64,000 nt of DNA from NCBI GenBank assembly GCA_963664195.1, contig OY760907.1, positions 96,001-160,000 on the forward strand. The letters are read 5' to 3'. Source of the DNA: an uncultured candidate division Zixibacteria bacterium (lineage in GTDB: Bacteria > Zixibacteria > MSB-5A5 > GN15 > FEB-12). The translations under genes were made by a program, and so were the position numbers. Of the stretch, positions 1 to 9,287 are shown in pieces. Numbering within the stretch: position 1 is the stretch's first letter; every line of letters starts with the position of its first letter. The notes under the pieces were generated by a model, which did not search any database, had not been told where the DNA came from, and saw only the letters and a list, made by a program, of their open reading frames with translations.

Positions 1-111
1 GTTGTCAGATTCATTATCAGCCTTTCAAATCATAGTATGCGCAATAGGTCTATTCAATCACCGTCTTCGACACGCGCGCTGTGCGGTATGCGTCGGCGAA
101 TCACCACGATA

Positions 112-1254
112 TCACTTCCCGCTCTCGATTTCGCGAATGTCGCCGTCGTGCGTTATGCAGAGCGTCGCCTCGCCATCGGCGCTGGTTAGTCGGGCTTCGA
201 ATGTCCCTGTTGTGATCTCAATCGTCGGTGGCCAATCGAATCCTGATAACGTCCGTTCTCCTAATCCCAAATGCCGCAGACTGCGCGAGTACTGGTGGTG
301 CTGCAAGAAATACGTGCGCTCGGCGTAGTACAACTCGCGCAATGCCCACCGCGCAGAATCTGTCGGCTCGGGTGTGAATGCAACCGTCGCGCTTCCGATC
401 GGTTTCTCAGAGAACTGAACGAAACCCCACATCTCCGGATAGTGCATCGCTATCAATCCCTGCGGCGACCAAACCCAGTTGTTCTCAGGAAGCGACCTAC
501 CGGTCTCCGGGTCGACAGCTTTGACGTACCTGCCGTTCTCTATTGTGTGCTGCCATTCGACACGCGAGAAATTAACTCGCCATTGGTCACCCTCTCCGGG
601 TGGGGTCGGTTTGTGGGCGCACTGACCGAGGACGTCCCAGGGCATGGCCATTTCAATACTCCAACCGCTGTCGATATCCTGCGGGTTGTTGAGTGTCCCG
701 TTGATATGCGCGGCCGTTTTCAGCCCCTGAATATCCCACGCATTGACAGCCGGGGCACCGTCGCGGTACGGCTTCATTAGGAGCAAGTCCCACTCGGTGC
801 CAAGCGCGTTGACCTCAAGTTCGTAGTACTCGTGCGTGTCACCATCGGGGTCGATAAACACCTCGAAATCATTGTCATGATAGATGACGGCATCCCGATC
901 GGTCACTGTTCCCCACACGTGCGGCTCTTTCATGTCGGCACAGAAGTATATGTAGGTGTCATCCCAGAGAATCTTAGCACGGGTCTCGAATCGCGGCGCC
1001 GGTTTCAGAGTACCCTCGATATCGACAAACAGATCAGTCCATGCGGCTTTCTGCCACGCGGCCTCATCGAGACGACCATCAATCGCCATCGGCTGGCCTG
1101 TCTTGTAACAGACGTATTGTTTCGGCGCATACTCGATCTGTGGAATCGGCAAAGAGTCCTCAGAGACTTTGGCGGCCTCACGCTCTCCGCATCGGACACA
1201 GAAGAGGGCCGTCAGGAGAAGCGTTAATATCTTGATTCTCTGATGAAATGTCAC
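112..1254 (-). CDS. Carbohydrate-binding family 9-like (CBM9/DOMON-like) exported protein
   Basis: Motifs IDGRLDEAAW, ILWDDTYIY, DNDFEVFIDPDGD, WSIEMAMPW, WRVNFSRVEW; signal-like N-terminus. Start placed at GTG 1254, which overlaps the upstream stop (GTGA). Confidence 0.8.
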   Translation of the reverse strand: MTFHQRIKILTLLLTALFCVRCGEREAAKVSEDSLPIPQIEYAPKQYVCYKTGQPMAIDGRLDEAAWQKAAWTDLFVDIEGTLKPAPRFETRAKILWDDTYIYFCADMKEPHVWGTVTDRDAVIYHDNDFEVFIDPDGDTHEYYELEVNALGTEWDLLLMKPYRDGAPAVNAWDIQGLKTAAHINGTLNNPQDIDSGWSIEMAMPWDVLGQCAHKPTPPGEGDQWRVNFSRVEWQHTIENGRYVKAVDPETGRSLPENNWVWSPQGLIAMHYPEMWGFVQFSEKPIGSATVAFTPEPTDSARWALRELYYAERTYFLQHHQYSRSLRHLGLGERTLSGFDWPPTIEITTGTFEARLTSADGEATLCITHDGDIREIESGK

Positions 1255-2225
1255 GGCTTCTCCTCTCCCGCATAACAGGCGGCGATCAACTCGTCGATTG
1301 TAGTCGTGGCGAGACAAACGCAGGTATCAGCCGCACCATAATAGAGCAGGACTTCGCTGTCAGGCTCTGCGAAACCGTCGCTGTCGAACTGCTCGACGAT
1401 CATCCCGCTCGGAAACACGACATTGGGCACCTGTCCGACTTGCTCACACAACTCTCTCGGTTCGAGGATATTGTACCGGCTGCGTGTTTTGACTTTCGTC
1501 GGATCATCCAGATCAAGCAGCACGACGCCGGCCTGATAGATGTTTACCCCGGCAAAATGCGTTGCGACACCGTGGTAAATATGAAGCCACCCCTCACGGG
1601 TTTTCACCGGCGGCGGACCGGAGCCAATCAGTTCGTCCCAAAAATGCGGGCGGCCGTGCATGAGCGTGGCGGAGTATGTCCAGTCGATGAGGTTGTTCGA
1701 TGTTGACACACAGATGGTCGAACCGGAAGAAACACCCGCGCCGGCCGTTCCCGTATTGGGACGATCCAGCCGCACGTAGCTACCGTTGATTTTTTCCGGG
1801 AACAAGACGCCGTTGCGCATATCGCGGTGCGGTTCCACTCCCAGGAATTGGAACGATTTGAAATCGTCGGTGACTGCCAGTCCGAGACGACAACCGGCAG
1901 CCATATCCATCGCCATCACTATGTAGCAACGATTATCGATCTGTGTGATTCGGGGATCGTAAATGTGAAATATCGGTTTGGCGATCTTTTCGAGTCCGTT
2001 GAATCGGACACAGGTGTTTCGAATCGAAAAACGACGGCCGTCGTCGCTCTCAGCCACCATCAGGTGGGTTTCCCGCCCACGGTTCTGCACCCGCAATAGA
2101 AGCAGGTACGTATCACCGAATTTGATCGCTCCCGGGTTGAAGACAGAGCTTACGTCGACAAGATGTGGTTCGACGGCCGGGACGTCCTGGCGAGTGATAA
2201 TCGGATTATGTTGGTATCGTCTCAC
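1251..2225 (-). CDS. Glycoside hydrolase family 130 (beta-mannoside phosphorylase-like)
   Basis: RYQHNPII, SVFNPGA, YDPRIT, RNGVLFPEKING, IGSGPPP, GWLHIYHGV, VPNVVFPSG, YYGAADT. Start moved to GTG 2225. Confidence 0.9.
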   Translation of the reverse strand: MRRYQHNPIITRQDVPAVEPHLVDVSSVFNPGAIKFGDTYLLLLRVQNRGRETHLMVAESDDGRRFSIRNTCVRFNGLEKIAKPIFHIYDPRITQIDNRCYIVMAMDMAAGCRLGLAVTDDFKSFQFLGVEPHRDMRNGVLFPEKINGSYVRLDRPNTGTAGAGVSSGSTICVSTSNNLIDWTYSATLMHGRPHFWDELIGSGPPPVKTREGWLHIYHGVATHFAGVNIYQAGVVLLDLDDPTKVKTRSRYNILEPRELCEQVGQVPNVVFPSGMIVEQFDSDGFAEPDSEVLLYYGAADTCVCLATTTIDELIAACYAGEEKP

Positions 2226-2416
2226 GTAATCACAGCGGTATGTTCTCCTACTTTTGATCCTGAATTCAACATACAAAAAACGCGACGGTAACGGAACAGA
2301 TTTGTTGGCTTCTGGAGAACGGATAAATGAGCGCTTCCAAACACCTGTCGGAAAGATCAACGCACAGAGAGACCATTTCCGTACATGTTTTGCGTTCGAC
2401 AATACACGATCGTACA

Positions 2417-2455
2417 AGAAACGGCAAGCGGCGCATTCGCCGCTCACCGTTTTCT
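2417..2455 (-). terminator. Hairpin terminator after MCP gene 1
   Basis: AGCGGCG-catt-CGCCGCT stem, extended by agaaacgg/ccgttttct. Confidence 0.6.
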
Positions 2456-3672
2456 TACCCAGTGTGGGTTTGGTTCAACTCAATGCTGTCAGATCGTTGA
2501 AGTCAGTCCCGATGTCTAACTCTCGTTGCTAATGTTGAACCGGGCCACCATCTCTTGCATGCCCTCCGCCTGCCGATTGAGTTCCTCGGCAGCAGCGGCC
2601 GACTGCTCGGCACCGGCGGCCGTTTCTTTGGTTACACTGTTGATGTGTTCAATGTTCTTGGATATCTGTTCGGCAGCCACAGACTGCTCCTCGGAAGCGG
2701 TTGCTATCTGCTGGATCATGTCCATGACCCTGGCTGACATCGCGACCACCTCTGAAAGGCTGTTGCCGGCTTGATCGGCCAGATCACGACCCTTGTCGAC
2801 CTCCTGTACCCCCGCTTCCATCGACTGGACAGCGTCGCCGGTCTCCTGCTGGATTCCTTTGATCATGTCGGTGATTTCGCCGGTTGCCTTGCCCGTACGT
2901 TCCGCCAGCTTGCGAACCTCGTCGGCCACCACCGCAAAGCCTCTTCCCTGCTCTCCTGCACGAGCAGCCTCGATAGCGGCGTTGAGTGCCAGCAGGTTGG
3001 TCTGATCGGCAATGTCATCAATCACGCTGACAATCTCACCGATCTGATCCGCTGAGGTAGCCAGTTTCGCAATGGAGTCTGCCGATTCACGCACAACATC
3101 GTTGATCCGCTGCATCCCGGCAATGGTGTTGCTCACGATCTCTCCGCCGTTGGTAGCAGTGTCCGAAGCGGTCCGGGATGCCTCGGTGGCCTCGCCGGAG
3201 TTCCGTGACGATTCCAAAATGGTCGCCGACATTTCCTCGACTGCCGCTGAAACCTGGTTCACCTGTTGAGACTGATCCGTGGCTCCCTTGGCCATTTGCT
3301 CGGAAGCCGAGGATATTTCAGTTGCTGCGGTGACAAGCTGCGTGGCGTTGTCCCGAAGCTGTCTCACCATACCGGTCAGATTGTGGGTCATCGTCTTGAA
3401 CGAGTTGCCGAGAATGTCCTTGGATGACTTTGGCTCCACATGGACGGTCAAGTCGTTATTGGCGATACTCTCGGCGGCACCTGCAAGACCTTTCATATAG
3501 TCGATCAGGTTGCGGAACGATACGGCAAGCAAGCCGATTTCGTCCTTTGAATCCAGATCGATACTGTGATCGATATCACCGGTGGAGATGCTCTCTGCAA
3601 CGCTCGCCATCTTCGAAACCGGGCCGGCAATACCACGAGTGATAATGAAGGCGGCAAAGATACCAATCAACA
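2417..3672. repeat. Direct repeat copy 1 (1256 bp), matching 5026-6281
   Basis: Constant 2609-bp offset; matching starts at agaaacggcaagcgg and ends at taccaatcaaca; translated overlapping ORFs are identical. Confidence 0.95.
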
Positions 3673-4594
3673 GAGCAATCAAGGCAACGACGATCATCTG
3701 GCCTTCTGCCAGATCATTGGCGGCTACAAGCTCCGGTCCCAGTTTGTCCTGCGCTTCCTTGATGTCCAGTTTGACCTCCTCGATGAGCGAGGCGACCTCC
3801 GGACCTATTCTGTCCAGGGTGTTCGCGATGACGTCGTTTCTTTCGGATATGATTGAATGGACGTTCCTCATCGCCTCAGCATAAGCAACCGAGGATTGAA
3901 GGACCCCATTGAGAAGCTGGCGACGCTCAGCATTCTCCAGCCGCCCGTCCAACTCAGCCAACGCCTCATGCATTTGACTCAGCTCGAGTTTGCTCCGATC
4001 AAAGGACGCCTGAGCATTGCCTTCAAGGTACTTGACGACGTACAGCCTCGCCAGAAGGAGACTTCGCAACGACGTTGCGGAGTAATACGCTGCATCCATG
4101 TCGCCATCGCGCTCGGCGGTTGTTAGTATTTGGGTCAAGGCCTTCTCCATCTCAGGCCCCTTGACGTTCAATATATCGTTGACCTCGTGATCCCTTTCGG
4201 TGCGGAAGCCAACAACCTTGTCAAACGCCTCGCCATACTTCTTCACATTCTCATCCACGGCGTCAATCATGGCCGCCCGTTTAGGATCGTTGATGTCCAC
4301 CTGCGCCTGAGCAAGGAACTCGTTCATCCTGTCGAAGAATTGACGACACTGTTCCACGTCGGACTCGCTGCCGGTTATGATGAAGTCTTTTACATTCATC
4401 CGAACCATCAGCATGTTGGCCTGTACTCTGCCTGAGAGATTCGTATCTCGGGCCATTTCACGGTACTCTCCAAAGCCGTCTTTGGACTCGTTCAGGGCGT
4501 TATAGCCCACTCCGCCGACGACTATTAGCAGAGCCAGTACGAGACCAAAACCCACACTAATTTTCTTTCCGACCTTCAGATTCTTCCAACTCAC
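2516..4594 (-). CDS. Methyl-accepting chemotaxis protein with helical (HBM-like) periplasmic sensor
   Basis: TM1 - helical sensor - TM2 - HAMP - signalling hairpin [47 protein letters not shown] before GTG 4594. Confidence 0.93.
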   Translation of the reverse strand: MSWKNLKVGKKISVGFGLVLALLIVVGGVGYNALNESKDGFGEYREMARDTNLSGRVQANMLMVRMNVKDFIITGSESDVEQCRQFFDRMNEFLAQAQVDINDPKRAAMIDAVDENVKKYGEAFDKVVGFRTERDHEVNDILNVKGPEMEKALTQILTTAERDGDMDAAYYSATSLRSLLLARLYVVKYLEGNAQASFDRSKLELSQMHEALAELDGRLENAERRQLLNGVLQSSVAYAEAMRNVHSIISERNDVIANTLDRIGPEVASLIEEVKLDIKEAQDKLGPELVAANDLAEGQMIVVALIALLIGIFAAFIITRGIAGPVSKMASVAESISTGDIDHSIDLDSKDEIGLLAVSFRNLIDYMKGLAGAAESIANNDLTVHVEPKSSKDILGNSFKTMTHNLTGMVRQLRDNATQLVTAATEISSASEQMAKGATDQSQQVNQVSAAVEEMSATILESSRNSGEATEASRTASDTATNGGEIVSNTIAGMQRINDVVRESADSIAKLATSADQIGEIVSVIDDIADQTNLLALNAAIEAARAGEQGRGFAVVADEVRKLAERTGKATGEITDMIKGIQQETGDAVQSMEAGVQEVDKGRDLADQAGNSLSEVVAMSARVMDMIQQIATASEEQSVAAEQISKNIEHINSVTKETAAGAEQSAAAAEELNRQAEGMQEMVARFNISNES

Positions 4595-5025
4595 AAAAAC
4601 CTCCCGTTGTCTTCTGTCCCGCTCCGTGCCGAGAATTACTCGTCCCTGCAATCAGGCTCCACTTTCGCGTCTCTGCACCAGGGTATTCATTGCTTTTGGC
4701 CGAAGATCATGTCATGGATATTTCTGTCCTCGACCGTACCTATTGTCTGTTCTAGTTCTCTCGACACAAATATATACTGACTGAACGGTTCTTGAACAGG
4801 TACGGATAGGGTATGACCTGTACCCATTTTGTGGGACAACGTAATGGACATCTCTTAGTAAAGGTACGCCGTCGGACTTCTGTCCTCTCCAGTTGCCTCT
4901 CTGAATCCTCAGGAACGGCGACGGTGACTCGCAGATCCAGCCCTCGCTCGAACACGCTCGACACGCCGATTGAGCTTCGGGACCGGTTGGCGGCATACCG
5001 GTAACTGCCTTCAGAGGATGATATG

Positions 5026-5064
5026 AGAAACGGCAAGCGGCGCATTCGCCGCTCACCGTTTTCT
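5026..5064 (-). terminator. Hairpin terminator after MCP gene 2
   Basis: Same sequence as 2417-2455. Confidence 0.6.
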
Positions 5065-6281
5065 TACCCAGTGTGGGTTTGGTTCAACTCAATGCTGTCA
5101 GATCGTTGAAGTCAGTCCCGATGTCTAACTCTCGTTGCTAATGTTGAACCGGGCCACCATCTCTTGCATGCCCTCCGCCTGCCGATTGAGTTCCTCGGCA
5201 GCAGCGGCCGACTGCTCGGCACCGGCGGCCGTTTCTTTGGTTACACTGTTGATGTGTTCAATGTTCTTGGATATCTGTTCGGCAGCCACAGACTGCTCCT
5301 CGGAAGCGGTTGCTATCTGCTGGATCATGTCCATGACCCTGGCTGACATCGCGACCACCTCTGAAAGGCTGTTGCCGGCTTGATCGGCCAGATCACGACC
5401 CTTGTCGACCTCCTGTACCCCCGCTTCCATCGACTGGACAGCGTCGCCGGTCTCCTGCTGGATTCCTTTGATCATGTCGGTGATTTCGCCGGTTGCCTTG
5501 CCCGTACGTTCCGCCAGCTTGCGAACCTCGTCGGCCACCACCGCAAAGCCTCTTCCCTGCTCTCCTGCACGAGCAGCCTCGATAGCGGCGTTGAGTGCCA
5601 GCAGGTTGGTCTGATCGGCAATGTCATCAATCACGCTGACAATCTCACCGATCTGATCCGCTGAGGTAGCCAGTTTCGCAATGGAGTCTGCCGATTCACG
5701 CACAACATCGTTGATCCGCTGCATCCCGGCAATGGTGTTGCTCACGATCTCTCCGCCGTTGGTAGCAGTGTCCGAAGCGGTCCGGGATGCCTCGGTGGCC
5801 TCGCCGGAGTTCCGTGACGATTCCAAAATGGTCGCCGACATTTCCTCGACTGCCGCTGAAACCTGGTTCACCTGTTGAGACTGATCCGTGGCTCCCTTGG
5901 CCATTTGCTCGGAAGCCGAGGATATTTCAGTTGCTGCGGTGACAAGCTGCGTGGCGTTGTCCCGAAGCTGTCTCACCATACCGGTCAGATTGTGGGTCAT
6001 CGTCTTGAACGAGTTGCCGAGAATGTCCTTGGATGACTTTGGCTCCACATGGACGGTCAAGTCGTTATTGGCGATACTCTCGGCGGCACCTGCAAGACCT
6101 TTCATATAGTCGATCAGGTTGCGGAACGATACGGCAAGCAAGCCGATTTCGTCCTTTGAATCCAGATCGATACTGTGATCGATATCACCGGTGGAGATGC
6201 TCTCTGCAACGCTCGCCATCTTCGAAACCGGGCCGGCAATACCACGAGTGATAATGAAGGCGGCAAAGATACCAATCAACA
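5026..6281. repeat. Direct repeat copy 2 (1256 bp), matching 2417-3672
   Basis: As for copy 1. Confidence 0.95.
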
Positions 6282-7239
6282 CTCCCGCAATCGCGAAGAT
6301 GATCATGAGCATGTTTGAACTGCTGATATCTGCGTGCATCTCGGTGCTTGCATTCGCCGCTTCATTATTGAAGTACTCCGTCAGAGCGGCCAATTTGCCT
6401 TCTACGGTTTGGAGGTGCTGCTGTGTCTCATTCGCGAAGATCGCCTGGGCATTCGTTTGGCTCTTTGCCATTTGCCCCATCCAGCTGCTCGTGTGCTGAT
6501 AGGCCATCTGCAACTCGTCCAGCGTGGGGTTGGTCTCGGCTGCGAAAATCGAGGCCGCGTCGGAGTAGTTGCCTGCTTTCTGAGCATCGACTATCTTTCG
6601 GGCGCTTTCGTGCAGTCTGCGGTGCGGGCCTTCCCACTCGTGAAGCAGATTAGCAAACTCCGGATTCTCAGCCTTGTAAGCATGATACCACTGACCGAAC
6701 GGGCACTGTTCCGGATCAAGACCGCCATCAAACGGTTCCTTTGAAAGAACTGAGTTCGCCAGACGTTCGGTCCAGGAGAGGTGGTCAATCCAGCGCTCGC
6801 TAATCATGTTCTGAAGTGCCAAGTCGAAATCGACATAAGTTAGACCGATGTTGATCGCCGATTCGTGAAGGTGCTTGTGTGGTGCCTCGATCTCTTTCAG
6901 AAGGCGTCCGAGTTCAGGATCCGAATTGGCCAGTGCTTGCGTCTCCTCACCGTACAACCATTTGCCGAGTCCGCACTTGTGATCATCGGTCTGCACCAGG
7001 ACCTCGTGAACGTCATCGCTGGCGAACAGCGACTGGAGTTTCATGGTCCAGTTGAGGTGGTCGACCACCTTTTCGACCATGAGGACTTTGTTGTCACCGG
7101 CGTTCGACGACACTCCGATGTTGTCTTCGATACTGCCGAAGCTCGCCCAATTGTTGGCACTGGCCGCGATGAAAAGCGCCAGTATTACTCCGAAGCCCGC
7201 CCCCAGTTTCTTACCTATCTTGAGATTCTTCCAGCTCAC
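5125..7239 (-). CDS. Methyl-accepting chemotaxis protein with tandem CZB (zinc-binding) sensor domains
   Basis: Two units DHLxW...CxxGxW...HxxLH between TM1 and TM2, followed by HAMP and the MCP signalling domain; GGGAGG RBS. Confidence 0.93.
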   Translation of the reverse strand: MSWKNLKIGKKLGAGFGVILALFIAASANNWASFGSIEDNIGVSSNAGDNKVLMVEKVVDHLNWTMKLQSLFASDDVHEVLVQTDDHKCGLGKWLYGEETQALANSDPELGRLLKEIEAPHKHLHESAINIGLTYVDFDLALQNMISERWIDHLSWTERLANSVLSKEPFDGGLDPEQCPFGQWYHAYKAENPEFANLLHEWEGPHRRLHESARKIVDAQKAGNYSDAASIFAAETNPTLDELQMAYQHTSSWMGQMAKSQTNAQAIFANETQQHLQTVEGKLAALTEYFNNEAANASTEMHADISSSNMLMIIFAIAGVLIGIFAAFIITRGIAGPVSKMASVAESISTGDIDHSIDLDSKDEIGLLAVSFRNLIDYMKGLAGAAESIANNDLTVHVEPKSSKDILGNSFKTMTHNLTGMVRQLRDNATQLVTAATEISSASEQMAKGATDQSQQVNQVSAAVEEMSATILESSRNSGEATEASRTASDTATNGGEIVSNTIAGMQRINDVVRESADSIAKLATSADQIGEIVSVIDDIADQTNLLALNAAIEAARAGEQGRGFAVVADEVRKLAERTGKATGEITDMIKGIQQETGDAVQSMEAGVQEVDKGRDLADQAGNSLSEVVAMSARVMDMIQQIATASEEQSVAAEQISKNIEHINSVTKETAAGAEQSAAAAEELNRQAEGMQEMVARFNISNES

Positions 7240-7488
7240 ATTGGCCTCCCATTGTTGTCTGCCTTGCTCCGTGCCGAGGTAGTGTTCATCCCTGTGCAGC
7301 TGCCCTTTTCACACGTTTCGTGCACAAAGACCGTTCATAGGTGTCAGAGTGGTCGCTTTTGGGGAGCGAACAGACCGACTTTCTCGTAATACTCTTTTTC
7401 GACATTTATCGTCATCTGCGAAATGGGCAAGAATCGGCATGGATTGGGTATTGCACATACCTGATGTCCGCGGCAAATGCAGTACTAC

Positions 7489-8565
7489 TCACAGATTTGG
7501 AGCCCGAGTCTCCAGGCTCTTGAGATATGTGACGAGGTTCAGTGATCGGTTGGTAAGCCCCAGCTTCCTTCGTATCTGTTTTCGCTGAGTAAGGACGGTC
7601 TGTACCGATGTGCAGAAGGCCGCGGCTATGTCTTTTGACCCAAAGCCGCTCCTGACCATGTGACATATTTCAAGCTCTCGGGAGGATAATTCCGCATGTT
7701 CGGCTTCCAGCTTGGCAACCATAGGGGAGGCAAAGTCTACCAGGCAGCTTTCCAGCAAACCGGCGTATTGCCTCTGCGTGGGGCTTTCTGCCTGCTTCAT
7801 GAGCTGTAGTATAGGCAAAGCGATTCGCTTCATGTTGGTAGCGATTTCCAGCGCGCTTTCCTTTCGGGAATCTTCAACCTGCCAGAGGACTTCCTTCAGA
7901 GCAGCGTCCTTGTTCTGGAGTTGATCCTCCAGTTCAATAATCCTGAGTCTTGCTTTGTGCAGTTCAGCTTCGATCTGTCTCCTGTAGCCGACCTCAACCA
8001 GTGACATCACGCCCAGAGGGTGCCCCTGGATATCCTGCTCAAACATCCTGATTTCGCAGACGACTCCGGTTCCGCCGGCTCTTGTCAGAGACGACTCAAA
8101 CGATTGTCGGTGACCCTTTTCAAAGAGATTGACGGCCATATTACGATCGCCGGGAGCGAAGAGATCAAATACGGAACGCTCGATGAGCTCTGCCGTGGGG
8201 AGGCCAAGAAGCTGCTCGACCACACGATTGCAACCGCGAATCACACCCTGGTCGAATACGATGCGCCCTTCGACTCTTGCATCGGGACACAAGAATTCAC
8301 TGTAATAATCGGAGGAGTCGTGGGAATCGGATCGATTCTCACACGACGAAGATGACAGAACTCGGGCCAGAGTTCTGTTTTTTGTAGTGCCTTGGGCCAA
8401 AATCATTCCTGCTGTAGCGCCTGCTGTCCATTCCCCAGAAGACTCTGTCAGTCCCTTAAATGTCTTCTCAAACCAGCGTACGCAGTTTTTCGAGCCTATA
8501 TACAGTATCGGACCCGGTGTTACTTTCTTAACACCCCACCTCGATTCGCTGTCATACCGGGCCAA
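7489..8565 (-). CDS. PAS domain + LuxR-type HTH transcriptional regulator (start uncertain)
   Basis: PAS-like CNRVVEQLLG...ELIERSVFDLF; C-terminal LSSRELEICHMVRSGFGSKDIA...TQRKQIRRKLGL. Confidence 0.8.
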   Translation of the reverse strand: MARYDSESRWGVKKVTPGPILYIGSKNCVRWFEKTFKGLTESSGEWTAGATAGMILAQGTTKNRTLARVLSSSSCENRSDSHDSSDYYSEFLCPDARVEGRIVFDQGVIRGCNRVVEQLLGLPTAELIERSVFDLFAPGDRNMAVNLFEKGHRQSFESSLTRAGGTGVVCEIRMFEQDIQGHPLGVMSLVEVGYRRQIEAELHKARLRIIELEDQLQNKDAALKEVLWQVEDSRKESALEIATNMKRIALPILQLMKQAESPTQRQYAGLLESCLVDFASPMVAKLEAEHAELSSRELEICHMVRSGFGSKDIAAAFCTSVQTVLTQRKQIRRKLGLTNRSLNLVTYLKSLETRAPNL

Positions 8566-8629
8566 CGCTTGCGATTTTCGTTGATTTTCACTACCCTTTT
8601 TTCACAAATCAACCGTTGAGGCCGTAAAG

Positions 8630-9277
8630 ATGGATTTTCGAGAATTAGGACGTTTGCCAAACCTGCTCAGCCTGTCGCGCATCCCCCTGTCATTCGCAGT
8701 CTGGTATTTCGTTCGTTTCGAGGATTCGACGTCAATCATCATTGCGGCATCGCTGCTGACGTTGGCCGGTATGACCGACGGACTCGACGGTTATTTTGCG
8801 CGCAGGCAGGGACAGATAACAAAGCTGGGTATTGCCCTTGATCCGATCGCCGACAAGTTTTTTGCGATCATCCTGGTGTTTGCCCTGATTGTCCACCGCG
8901 ATTTTCCCGTGTGGCTGGCCACGGCTGTGGTCGGGAGAGACTTGCTGATACTGATCGGCGGGCTGTTCCTTTCAAAAGACAAACGAGTCAGTCTGCCGTC
9001 GAACATGACCGGGAAGTACGCCTTTGGGATGATCTCTGTGCTCATCGCGAGCTACGTGATTCAGTACCCGTTCGGCATTGCCATCGTCACACCAATCGTG
9101 GTTGTCCTGCTGGCGGCGTCTACTATTGGCTATGCCAGGGTGTTCTATCTAGTCAGCCATGATCGCCCGGTTCCGCCGTACGAGGAGACATCGATCCGAC
9201 GAGTCCTCCGTCTCGGATTCCTGTACGGGTTTTCGGTCGTGTATTTGGTGAAACTCTATCTCGACCTGCTGAGATAG
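8630..9277 (+). CDS. pgsA: CDP-alcohol phosphatidyltransferase (PgsA-like)
   Basis: LPNLLSLSRI and TDGLDGYFARRQGQITKLGIALDPIADK signature. Confidence 0.85.
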   Translation: MDFRELGRLPNLLSLSRIPLSFAVWYFVRFEDSTSIIIAASLLTLAGMTDGLDGYFARRQGQITKLGIALDPIADKFFAIILVFALIVHRDFPVWLATAVVGRDLLILIGGLFLSKDKRVSLPSNMTGKYAFGMISVLIASYVIQYPFGIAIVTPIVVVLLAASTIGYARVFYLVSHDRPVPPYEETSIRRVLRLGFLYGFSVVYLVKLYLDLLR

Positions 9278-9287
9278 CTATACGCGG

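Noticed and set aside
1..14. Possible minus-strand gene start (ATG at 14) leaving the window
   Set aside because: Only four codons are visible, so it cannot be supported.
4712..5056. ORF starting MSGECAACRF, also seen as the long N-terminus of the GH130 ORF
   Set aside because: The start lies in the duplicated terminator hairpin, so it is an artefact of the repeat.
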